A stretch of DNA of 64,000 nucleotides from Mobula hypostoma (lineage: Eukaryota), in the NCBI RefSeq assembly GCF_963921235.1, contig NC_086108.1, positions 114,020,001 to 114,084,000 on the forward strand, given 5' to 3'. The position numbers were made by a program, and so were the translations under genes. Positions within the stretch are counted from its first letter, which is position 1. Each line of letters opens with the position of its first letter. The notes under the pieces are model-generated. The model saw only the letters and a program-made list of their open reading frames with translations. It was not told the origin of the DNA and did not search any database. This document shows, piece after piece, positions 1 through 11,824 of the stretch.

Positions 1-665
1 AATGCAGACAAATGGTTTGTAGGACCAGCCAGAGCCAGTCTTACACAGTGAGTATTTGGGCATTGAGGAGTGCAGTAGAACAGAGTTGTCTGGGAATACA
101 GACCCGTAATTCCTTAAAAGTGGCATCACAAGTGGATAGGGTTGTAAAGAAACCTTTTGGTACATTGGCTTTCATAAATCAATGTATTTAGTACAGGAAT
201 TGGGATGTTATGTGGAAATTGTATAAGGCATTGGTGAGAACTAACTTGGAGTATCATGTGCAGTTTTGGTCACCTACATACAGGAAAGGTATCAATAAGA
301 TTGAAAGACAACAGAGAAAATTTACAAGGATGTTGCCAGGACTTGAAGACCACAGTTATAGGGAAAGATGAATTAGAACTTTATTACCTAGAACGTAATT
401 GATTGAGGGGAGGTATACAAGATAATGAGGGGTATAGATAGGGTAAATGCAAATAGACTTTTTCCCACTGAGGTTGAATGGGTAAGGGTGAAAGGTGAAA
501 TATTTAAAGGGAACATGAGGAGGAAACTTCTTCACTCAGAGGGTGGTGCTAGTGTAGATTGAGAAATTTGAATTCTTGCATGGATGGAAGGGGTATGGAG
601 GGCTACGATCTGGGTGCTGGTCAATGGGCCAAAGGGCCTGTTTCTACGCTGTAGCCCCTCTGACT
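1..665 (+). mobile_element. CR1 3' fragment
   Basis: Decayed CR1 RT C-terminus and gggcctgtttct tail. Confidence 0.8.
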
Positions 666-2069
666 CCATTTCAAAATTCTACAATCCCACCATATCTAGT
701 GATAAATGACTGTGCACAATTAAATAAATAATTCCAGGTGGCTCCAGAACATTGCCCAGAATGCAAAACCGCAAGGCTTAAGTTTTGATATTCACCTAGT
801 GGATAAGTCAACATCTCTGAAGATCTATCCTGGGCCCAACATATTGAAGCAATTATATGGCTATATTTTACTTGGAGTTTGTGAAGATTTGGTCTGTTAT
901 CAAAGGCTCTAGAAAATTCCTACAGATGTACCGTGGAGAGCATTCTAACTGGTTGCATCACAGTCTGGTATGGAGGGGTCACTACACAGGATCAGAAAGA
1001 GTAGCAGAAAGTTACAAACTCAGCCAATTCCATCATGGGGCACTAGTCTCCCCAGTACCTAGAATATCTTCAAAAGGTGACATCCATCATGAAGGACCCC
1101 CATCACCCAGGACATGCCCTCGTCTCATTACTACCAGTAATGAGGTGCAGGTCAATGGGACTACGCAGATTAATGATTAAACATGGACTAGATGGGCCAA
1201 AGGGCCTGTTTCTGTGCTGTACTGTTCTATGAATAATTCATCACCATTTTCTGAAAACCAGTTCTCAGCCAACTCACCCACAATCAGTGACTCCTGGAGT
1301 CTAGATCAATGAATGCTGGGGTCTATGCTTGAAGTTCAAAATCGTGATCGAAGTCCGAAGTTGGAAGTCTGGGACCAAGGACTGGAGGCCCAGAGGCAGA
1401 TTGTCCAGGTGTTGGAACCCTACCCGAGTGTGGGTGGGTGGCTAAGAAGGTGGGAAAGGGACTTATTTTGCAGTGGTTTCCTTGTTCTATTTTGTTGTGC
1501 TGCTTGTGTTGTTCAGCTGAACAATGTGAGCATGGTATGTTGGTGCCAGAATGTGGGGGAACACTTGTGGAGGGCCCCCAGTAGTAAGACCATAAGACAC
1601 AGGAGCAGAATTAAACCACTCAGCCCACCAATTCTGCTCTGCCATTCAATCACGGCTTATTTACACTTCTCATACATAACCTTTGACACTAACTAAATAA
1701 GAACCTATCAACCTCCACATTGAATACACCCCGTGTTAACACAAACAACAAATTTCACTGTATGATTTGAAGTACACGTAATAGATAAATGTGAATTACC
1801 CCAAGATATATCAAGAATTGGTCAATGTGCAGATGGGCTGTTGTATGACAATAGAATCTATTCACCAACACTATAGTTTCATTGGATCCACCAGCAGCTT
1901 CAGAAACAGTTATTACCATTCAACTGTCTGGCTCCTGAACTAGCATGGATAACGTCATTCACCACAAATCATAACTAATTTTACAAGCTATAGACTTGCT
2001 TTCATCTCATATTGTCACTATTACTTACTTCCAGTTAAACTATTTGTCTTCTTTTGCACAGTCACCTCC

Positions 2070-2924
2070 ACCTCGCCTGCAATTAACTCTGATGCACCTC
2101 AAGTACGTGTGTTTAGCCCATTACTCTACTCTCTCTACATCCAAGACTGTGGGGCCAGGCACAGCTCAAATGTCATTGCTGTATTTGCTGATGACACAAC
2201 CATTGTTGGCAGAATTTCAGATGGTGATGAGAGGGCATACAGAAGCGAGATATATCAGCTAGTTGAGTGATATCACACCAACAAGCTTGCAGTCAATGTC
2301 AGTAAGACCAAAGAACTGATTGTGGACATCAGAAAGGGTAAGATGAGGGAACACACATCAGTTCTCTTAGAGGGCTCAAAAGTAATCTCAAGAGCAATTT
2401 CAAGTCCCTGCGTGTCAACATCTGAGGATCTATCCTGGGCCCAGCTACAAAGGCAAGAGAACGGTTATTTCATTAGGAGTTTGAGGAGATTTAGTATGTC
2501 ACCAAAGACAGTTGCAAATTTCTGCAGATGTACCGAGGAGAGCATTCTCACTGGCTGCATTTCCACCTGGTATAGTGAGGGAGGTGGGGTTGGCTACTGC
2601 ACAGGATTGAAATCAGCTGCAGGAAGTTGTAAACTCAGCCAGCTCCATCATGGGCACTAGGATCCCCAGCATCCAGGACATCTTCAAGGAGCGGTGCCTC
2701 CAAAAGGTGACTTCCATCATTAAGAGCCCCCAACACCCAGGACATGCCCTGTTCTTATTGCTACCGTGTACCTGAAGGCATACAATCAACGATTCAGGAT
2801 CTTCCCTTCTGATTTCTGAATGGGAATGGACATTGAACCCATGAACACAACCTCACTACCAGTTTCTTTCTCTTTTATTATATATTGCATTGTATTGTTG
2901 CCATAAAAACGACAAATTTCATGA
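2070..2924 (+). mobile_element. Decayed Rex/Babar-like RT fragment
   Basis: FADDTT motif at ~2184; SEDLSWAQ. Confidence 0.7.
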
Positions 2925-5075
2925 ACAAGAGAAAATCTGCTTATGCTGGAAATCCAAGCAACACAACAAAATGCTGGAGGAACTTAGCAGGCCAGGCAGC
3001 ACCTACGGAAAAAAGTACTGTCGACGTTTTGGACCGAAATGCTTCAGCAGGACTGGAGAAAAAATGCTGAGGAGTAGATTTAAAAGGTGAGGGGCAGGGG
3101 AGAGGAGAGAGACCCACCAGGTGACAGGTGAAACCTGGAGGGGGAGGGATGAAGTAGAGCTGGGAAGTTGATTGATGAAAGAGACAGCAGGCCGAGGAAG
3201 AAAGAAAAAAGGGGAAGAAGCACCAGAGGGAGGTGATGAGTGGGCAAGGAGATGAGGTGAGAAAGGGTGAAAAGCGAATGGGAAATGAAGAAGGAGGTGG
3301 AGGGGTTCAAGGTGCTGTAGTAGTCTGGCATACTGATCTCCACCTTGCCGAGCCCCACCACCAACTCTCAGACACTTCCTCTTTCTTACCCCTTGAACAG
3401 GACCCCATTAAGGAACACCAGGCCATTGTCTCCCACACCACCAGCAACCTTCTTCACTCTGGGGATCTCCCATCCATCGCCACCAACCTCACAGTTCCCG
3501 CACCCCCCCGTTTCTTCCTCCACAAACCCGCTCGTCCATGTAGACCCATTGTTTCAGCTTGTTCCTGCCCCACTGAACTCGTATCAGCTTACCTCAACTC
3601 TTTTTAATCCCCCCCCCCCGGGTTCAGTCCCTTCCCACCTACATCTGTGACACTTCACACACTCTTGATCTTTTCAAGGATTTCAAGTTCCCTGACCCCA
3701 TCATCTCATTTTTACAATGGATGTCCAGTTCCTATACACTCCATCCCCCACCCAGGAAAGCCTCAAAGCTCTCCAATTTTTTCTGGACACCAGACCCAAC
3801 CAGTTCCCCTCCATCACCACTCTCCTCCACCTAGTGGAACTTGTCCTCACTCTCAATAATTTCTCCTTTGGCTCCTCTCACATCCTTCAAATAAATGAGG
3901 TAGCCATGGGCACTCGCATGGGTCCCAGCTATGCCTGTCTATTTGTTGGCTACATGGAACAGTCGATGTTCCAAGCCTACACTGGTGACCGTCCCGCACT
4001 TTTCCTACGCTACATCAACGACTGCACTGATGCTGAACTCGTCGACTTCATCGACTTTGCCTCCTGCGTTTTCTATGTTTCCAACTTCCACCCTGCCTTC
4101 AAATTCACCTGGTCCATTTCCGACACCTCCCTTCCCTTTCTCGATCTCCAGAGAGAGCTTATCCACCGACATCAATTACAAACCCACGAACTCTCGCAGC
4201 TATCTAGACTACACCTTGTCCCATCCTATTACTTGTAAAAACACCAACCCTTTTCTCAATTCCTCCGTCTCCGCCATGTCTGCTCTCAGGATGAGGCTTT
4301 TCATTCTAGAACGGAGGAGATGTTCTCCTTTTTCAAAGAAAGGGCTTCCCTTCCTTCACCATCAAAGCTGCCCTCAAAAGCATCTCTTCCATTTCATGTG
4401 CATCTGCTCTTACCCTATCCTCCCACCACCCTACAGGGATAGGGTTCCCCTTGTCCTCACCTACCACCCTCCGTGTCCAACACATAATTCTCCGAAACTC
4501 CCAACATCAAGCACATCTTTCCCTCCCCGCTATGCTCCGTTTGCCAGAACAAGCAGCATCTCCCACTGGCCACCCATTTTAATTCCACTTCCCATTCCCA
4601 TTCCGATATGTCCATCCATCGTGATAAGGCCACACTTGGGTTAGAGGAACATTACCTTATTTTCCATTTGGGTAGCCTCCAACCTGAGGGCATTAACATC
4701 GATGTCACAAACTTCCAGGAATAACCCCCAACCCCCTTCCCCTTCTCCATTTCTCATCCCTTTTTTCCTCTCTCACCTCATCTCCTTGCCCGATCATTGC
4801 CTCCCCATGGTGTTCCTTCCCCCTTTTCCTTTCTTCCACGGCTTTGTCTCTTTCACCAATCAACTTTTCAGCTCTTTACTTCATCCCTCCCCCCTCCAAG
4901 TTTCACCTATCACCTGGCGTTTCTCTCTCCCCTTCTCCCACCTTTTAAATCTACTTCTCAGCTCTTTTTCTCCAGATCTGCTAAAGGGTCTCGGCTCGAA
5001 ACATTCGACTGTACTTTTTCCTCTCGATACTGCCTGGCCTGCTGAGCTCCTCCAGCATCTTGAGTGTGTTGAACA
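2924..5075 (+). mobile_element. Penelope-like retroelement (decayed RT + GIY-YIG) with an inverted copy of its 3' end at the 5' side
   Basis: RT motifs AMGTRMGPSYACLF and LRYINDC (ORF 3717..4238). 2924-3300 is the approximate reverse complement of 4730-5070. Confidence 0.85.
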
Positions 5076-5693
5076 AATTTCATGACTTATGCTGATGATA
5101 TTAAACCCGATTCTGATCTTACTTTGAACATTGAGCAGGTCAGAGGTTGGGTACTCTACACCAAGTGGTTCAGCTTCCAACATCTTAAAGCTTTTGCACA
5201 ATCTAAAAGGTGTAAGTAATTTTGCACTGATGTGGATGAGTGCGGCTCTGATACAAGGAGCTCCACGGCACCCGGGACAAAGCAGTCACCTCAGCAGCAT
5301 TCCACCCACCTTTCCAAGTCTGCATTCACATCACCGCTGGCACATAATGGCTCCAATGTATAACATCTACTAAATTTACTGCACTTACTCATCCAGGCTC
5401 CTCCAAAATCACAATCCAAAATGGTGCTCCAGCACGAGCATCAGCCAAGGGTTGTCAGATAAATGATGATTTCCTGCAAACCTTGCATTATTCCAACTGG
5501 AAACATGCAAATGGACCAACATCATCTAAACCCTGGAACTCCCTCCAGGATTCAAGATTTATTAATGTCATTTCCAGTACACAAGAGAAAAGGAATGCCA
5601 AATATGCTTTACTCCAAATCCGATGCACCACACAAACAACGCAATTAAGATAAAGAACACAATAAATATAAATACTTAAGATAGCTTCTATAC

Positions 5694-5772
5694 CAGGGGC
5701 TCCAGACCTGGGGTCCATGGACTCCTTGCTTAATGGCATTGGTCCATGGCATAAAAAGGTTGGGAATACTCA
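5694..5772. mobile_element. Small decayed hAT-type MITE
   Basis: cagggg... / ...aggttggga termini; near-TSD ttctatac / ttctgtac. Confidence 0.6.
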
Positions 5773-5862
5773 TTCTGTACATAGATTGACTGTACATCCA
5801 TAAAGTGACGCTGGACACAGGGGTGTCTGTACATAAGGTGACTGACAGGAGATGATAAAGCA

Positions 5863-5955
5863 GTGGTGGTTGGGGGTGTGGAGGGGTGGGTTAGTGGTTG
5901 GGGGTGTGGAGGGGTGGGTTAGTGGTTGGGGGTGTGGAGGGGTGGGTTAGTGGGT
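5863..5955. repeat. 28-bp G-rich tandem repeat (~3 copies, agtggttgggggtgtggaggggtgggtt)
   Basis: Direct observation. Confidence 0.85.
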
Positions 5956-6089
5956 GGAGGTGTTGATCAGCCTCACTGCTTGGGGAAAGTAACTGTTTTT
6001 GAGTTTGGTGGTCCTGGCGTGGATGCTACGTAGCTTCCATTCATATCTGTTAAGTTAAGAAATCTGCTTTAATGTCATTACTGTCTAAA

Positions 6090-6790
6090 AGGAGGAGGAG
6101 AAGATGGCGGCAAAAACAGCAGCACGCGCGGCCTCTCCGGTGAATGACATCTGTAATCTGTCAAGTAGGGGACCGTGCACAATTCTGATTTGATGGAGAC
6201 AGACGTGAGAGTACGGAGGAACATCTGGAAAACTTCTGAAATGCCCGCTTCGCTGCCACTGCTACTGTGTGGTAACCGGAATCTTCGGAGCAGAAGGCCC
6301 CGAATCCTTGGCTTTTCGTGTTTCAGCGGCCGGGGTCAGGTCGAAGGCACTCGGCAGAGGATGGCGCTCGGGAGGCTGCATCAGCGGGGCTGGTCGGAGG
6401 CTCGAAGTTTTTGGACGGACGGACTCAGTGTCGGCTGTGATCGGCTGCTTCCAAGGCATCAGTAAGTTGACAGTGCCTGGAAGTTTATGGCAGGGAGTTT
6501 CTCCCTTTTGCCGCCTGCTGTTGGGGACTCGGGAGTCGATCGACTCGGGGACTTTGAGTCTATTTTTTTTTACTGTGCCCATTTGTTCTTCATCAAATTA
6601 TGGTATTGCTTTGCACTGCTGTAACTATATGTTATACTTATGTGGTTCTGTCAGTGTTAAGTCTTTGGTTTGTCCTGTTTTCTGTGATATCACTCCGGAG
6701 AAATATTGTATCATTTCTTAATGCACATATACATTTCTAAATGACAATAAAAGAGGAGTGTTCTCATAACCTAATCTAAAAAAAAAATAA
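6090..6790 (+). mobile_element. ~700-bp non-coding retroposon with aagatggcgg 5' end and A-rich tail
   Basis: Related copy in reverse orientation at ~13972-14600; aataaa followed by poly(A). Confidence 0.7.
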
Positions 6791-7901
6791 CTATTAGGAA
6801 GAAAACCAAGGCCAACTCCCCTCTTCTTAGAAATAATGAATCACCCTTAGCCCCAAGTTAACCAAATTAATTGGAAATATGGAACATCAGCGAACAGTTT
6901 AAAAGGTTTGGCAATGACTAGATGGGCTGAGGAGCCTGTTTCTGTGCTGTACTTTTCTATGACTCGAAAAGCCTCATCCTCTCACTCAGACTCCAGTCAC
7001 AGCGTCAGCACAGGAGCAAGAATCCTCTGTACACCACATCCTCAACCTACACCCTGGTGAGGCAACAGATATCAGAACCACCCCAATCACAGTGACAAGA
7101 GTCAGGACGTGCGCAGCAGAAAACCGCCTGACCTGAATACACCAAAGCTGAACCATGAGAACATTGAATACTGGCCTGTAAAAGCATTTCAGTCTCCCAT
7201 TCTTTATGCCTCCAACATCCCTTCTCCAAAACAACCTCTTTGTGGCCTCCCCATTTCCTCTAAATAACCACCACCACCTTCTTTCTCCAACTCTTTCCAG
7301 AATTTTCTACCCCTATTACCTTTAGCCCCATCCTACCCCATTTCCCCTTTCACCCACATCCACCATCTCCTCCTGAATCACCCCCAAAGCTCTTCCCTAC
7401 CCTACCACTACCCTCAGACCCCGTGTCCCAAACATCTTGTATCTCACACTCTCCTCTCCCACATTCCTCATTTCCCCTCCTCTCCATCGACCTTAGTCTA
7501 ATCCCCTCATCCCCCACTCATCTCCACAAATCAACCTGCCAATCTCCAACCCCTCCCCTGCGACCCTCCTCACTCCCTCCCAGCGCTCAACTCTGTCACA
7601 TGCCCTTCCTCATTCATTCCTCCCTCACACCATCCCGTCCTGCGCCCTCACCCGAACCCCTCCCTACCTCAACCTCCCACCATCCACTCCTACCTTCCCC
7701 ACATCCCCAGTCCCCTCCGTCACACCAACCCGTCCTGCCCACCCTCACCTCCCTCCCTTACCCCATCTCCCTCCTTCCACCTGTCCTCGCCGCTGCCTCC
7801 TCTCTTGTCACTACTACCGATCTCTCACCCCGACTTCCCTCACGCTGCTCCCTTCCTCCCTCTGCCTCCGTCCCCCGGGTTTCCAGAACATTCCATCTCA
7901 C

Positions 7902-7985
7902 CATTCTGTCTGTCTCCGTCTGCCTCAGTCAAAGTCTCTGCGGCGGCAGCCGCCCGGCTTTCGTCCTTCGGCACCACTGTCAGGA
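7902..7985 (-). other. Candidate first exon (5'UTR ending in ATG) of the next minus-strand gene, possibly RABGGTB
   Basis: Minus strand reads ...gagacagacagaATG|gtgaga within a CpG island. RABGGTB follows ACADM on the same strand in other vertebrates and, as I recall, has an ATG-only first coding exon. No exon 2 was found in the window. Confidence 0.5.
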
Positions 7986-8048
7986 CCCCGCCTCGAGTGC
8001 CCTCCCTCAGACTGCCCCGCACCAAGGACCCAATCCGGCCCACAACCC

Positions 8049-8170
8049 TGCCCCGCACTCAGGACCCCGGCACAGCTCTCAGCCCATAGACAGCCCGCTC
8101 TTGCCCCGCACTCAGGACCCCGGCACAGCGCTCGGCCCATAGACAGCCAGCTCTTGCCCCGCACCGAGGC
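8049..8170. repeat. 53-bp tandem repeat (~2.3 copies) in the CpG island
   Basis: tgccccgcac recurs at 8049, 8102 and 8155; related motifs at 8013 and 8197. Confidence 0.85.
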
Positions 8171-9129
8171 CCCCTGCGCGTCTCTCCGCCCTCAGTTGCC
8201 CCGCATCGAGGACGCCATTCCACTAGGCCGGCGCCCTTTGGTGCCCCCTGATGGAAAATGACGGGCGGTGCGGGGTAGCTGACACTGCGGCTGCTCTGGC
8301 TGCTGAGTGCTGTCGGCTGTGGCAGAGAGTGGGTGAGGGAGCGAAAGTGGGGGACGGGCAGGCAGAAGGCAGCGGGCAGTGGTTCATGGACTGCTCAGAA
8401 ATCTGATGGCTGTTCCTGAAACATTGAAACAACACGCACAAAATGCTGGAGGAACTCAGCAAGCCAGGCAGCATCTATGGAGAAGAGTGCAGTCGACGTT
8501 TCGGGCCGAGACGCTTCATCTGGACTCCTGAAACATTGAGGCGTCCTTTAGGCTCCTGTACCTCTTCCTGCATGGTAGCAATCTGAACACAGCATATCCT
8601 GCTTGATGGGGGTCCTTAATGATGAATGCCGTCTTTTCGTGGCATTGACTTTTGAAGATGTTCTTGATTGTGAGGTGGCTAGTGTGCATGTTGGAGCTGA
8701 CTGAGTTTACAACTTTCTGCGGCTTATTTTGATCCTCCGTACCAGACGGTGATGCAACCAGTCAGAATGCTCTCCACGGTACATCTGTAGAAATTTGCTG
8801 GTGACATACCAAATCTCCTCAAGCTCCTGATAAAGAATAGTCACGGGCATGCCTTCTTTATAATTAAATTATAATTTATAATTGCATATAATTGTGTTAC
8901 ACGCAAGATAGGTCCTTCGAAATGTTGACACTCAGGAATCTGAAGCTGCTCACTCCTACCACTGATGATGCCTAAGCGAGGAGTGGTGTGTGTTCTTCAG
9001 ACTTCCCCTTCCAGAAGTCCACAATCAATTCCCCTTGACCCCTTGAGTTCCTATTAAATCTTTCCCCTCTCACCCTAAACCTGTTGCCTCTAGTTCTTCA
9101 TCTTCTCCTCAAGGTTGGGGAACCAAGTG

Positions 9130-9768
9130 CATACCTGGGGATACGAATTGACAATAAACAGGACTGGTCAAAGAACACTGAGGCTGTCTACAAGAAGGGT
9201 CAGAGCCGTCTCTATTTCCTGAGGAGGCTGAGGTCCTTTAACATCTACCGGACGATGCTGAGGATGTTCTACGAGTCTGTGGTGGCCAGTGCTATCATGT
9301 TTGCTGTTGTGTGCTGGGGCAGCAGGCTGAGGGTAGCAGACACCAACAGAATCAACAAACTCATTCGTAAGGCCAGTGATGTTGTAAGGATGGAACTGGA
9401 CTCTCTGACGGTGGTGTCTGAAAAGAGGATGGTGTCCAAGTTGCATGCCATCTTGGACAATGTCTCCCATCCACTACATAATGTACTGATTGGGCACAGG
9501 AGTACATTCAGCCAGAGACTTATTCCACCGAGATGCAACACAGAGCGTCATAGGAAGTCATTCCTGCCTGTGGCCATCAAACTTTACAACTCCTCCCCTG
9601 GAGTGTCAGACACCCTGAGCCAATAGGCTGGTCCTGGACTTATTTCCTGGCATAATTTACATATTACTATTTAATTATTTATGGTTTTATTACTATTTAA
9701 TTATTTATGGAGCAACTGTAATGAAAACCAATTTCCCCCGGGATCAATAAAGTATGACTATGACTATT
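9130..9768 (+). mobile_element. Rex1/Babar-type LINE 3' end
   Basis: YLGIRIDNKQDWSKNTEAVYKKGQSRLYFLRRLRSF; aataaa followed by (tatgac)n tail. Confidence 0.8.
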
Positions 9769-11824
9769 CACTTTATCTGTGCCCCTCGTGATTTAATAAG
9801 ATCACTCCTTGGTCTTCTACACGCAAGGAAATGGTCTCAATCTATCCTGTCTCTCATAGAGTCATAGAGAAGTACAGCACAGAAACAGGCCCTTCAGCCC
9901 ATCTAGTCCATGCCAAAAACCATTTACACTGCCTACCCCCATCAACCTGCACCAGGACCATAGCCCTCCATACAACCTCCTATCCATGTACCTATCCAAA
10001 CTTCTCTTAAACATTGAAATTGAAGTCGTACGCACCACTTGAGCTGGTAGCTCATTGCACGCTCTCATGACCCTCTGAGTGAAGAAGTTTCCCCTCATGT
10101 CCTGCAATGTAGGCAACATTCCTTATGAAATGTTAGTTCACTTCCTTCTTGCAGGATGCCAACCAGAATGACACACAATATTCCAGAGGAGGTCTCACCA
10201 ATAACTTCTGACATGACATTTCAACCCTAGTATTCCAGTGCCCTGAATGAAGAAGATCAGTGTGCCAAGCTCCTCCCTCACCACCCTGTCTACCTGTTCA
10301 CCACCTTGAGGGAATTATTCCCAGGGTCCTGCTCGGGAGGACCCATTCTCTTCAATCTGCTCTTCTGTCCTCACCAGCCACTTCCCTGTCCCATGGCACC
10401 TTCCCCATTGTAACCACAAAGTCCGAGCTATAGACCACACACACCGTAGAAACTGGCCCTGCAGCCCATCTAGTCAATGCCAAACTATTGACCTGCACCT
10501 GGACCATAGCCCTCTATACACCTTCCATCCATGTACCTATCCAAGTTTCTCTTCACTGTTTAAATCAAACCCACATCCACCACTGCTCGTTCCACACTCT
10601 CATAACTCTCTAAGTAAAGAAGATCCCCCCCATGTTCCCATTAAACAGTTCACCTTTCACCCTTAATCCTTGACCTCTAGTTCTAGTCTCACCCAGCTCA
10701 GTGGAAAAAACCTGCGTATATGTACCCTACCTGTTCCCCTCATAATTTTGTATACTCTATCAAATCTTCCCTCATTCTCCTGCACTCTAGGGAATAAAAT
10801 TATAACCTATTCAGCCTTTCTCTATAACTCAGGTCTTCAAGTCCCGACAACATCCTTGTAAATTTTCCCTGCACTCCTTCAATCTTATTGATGTATTTCC
10901 ATTAGGTAGGTGACCAGAAGTGCACACAATACCGTTGTTTATTTAGTATTTCAGTAATATGGTAAATATATCGATTAAGCATTGTTTGTTTAATTGATTA
11001 CAGGTATAATGTAATAGTATGTGAGTGGTATACATCATCACACCACCACGTCATACAGCTGCAACTCGCTTAAAGTTCAAAAAAAAAGTGAAACTAAAAA
11101 GTGCATTCCCAGCTTCATGTTTCCTTTCAAATGGTTTAATGCTTTGCCTGTTGAAACACAGCAAGGTGTCCAAGTTTTAAAAAAAGGGCAGCACATGCTT
11201 CTTCGGGAGAGGAGAGAAATGATTGACTTTAAAAAAAAGGACAGAAAATGGTGATAACAATAGTAAATAAAAAGAGTAGAAATGGCTATAGCTTCATCAG
11301 AAAGATAGACATATTTGATTCAACAAGAGATAACAGGATATTGTATACTAAGTGAATTCCACAGTATTTTGAAGCAAATAGAATAGCCAGTGAGAAATGA
11401 GTATTAGTGTTGCTGAATGGAATAGATGGAAAAGTATAGTTTTCTTACTAGTTTGACTGCTTCAACCAAACCCGCTGAAATGAGCTTCAATAATACCCTG
11501 AAAGTAATGTAGGAACATTCAGAAAGGAAACCACTGATGAGTTCAGAACACTTTAGACTTCATAAGTGGAATCAATAGGGAGTCCACTTCAGCGTACTGA
11601 GCTAAATTGAAGAGATTGGGCATTGTTAGTTCAGTAACGGACTTAATAATGCACTGAGAAACTGTTTAGTTTGTCTTACAAGGAAGCATTCAAAACTGGC
11701 TCCTAACTGAAGTACAACTTACATTTAAAAGAGCAGTTGAAATTGCTGTATCAATGGAAACAACAGCCAGAGATGCAATTGAGTTACAGTCAGGAATGAA
11801 AGTGAGTGTGAATAAAATTGCAAT

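Larger units (their letters stand above)
7860..8400. promoter_or_regulatory. CpG island / putative promoter with GC-rich repeats and a CTCF-like motif (CCATCAGGGGGCACC on - strand, ~8240-8254)
   Basis: High GC and CpG density in unique sequence, against a CpG-poor background. Confidence 0.7.

Noticed and set aside
7423..8142. 239-aa Pro/Ser-rich ORF
   Set aside because: Low-complexity C-rich sequence; no recognisable domain.
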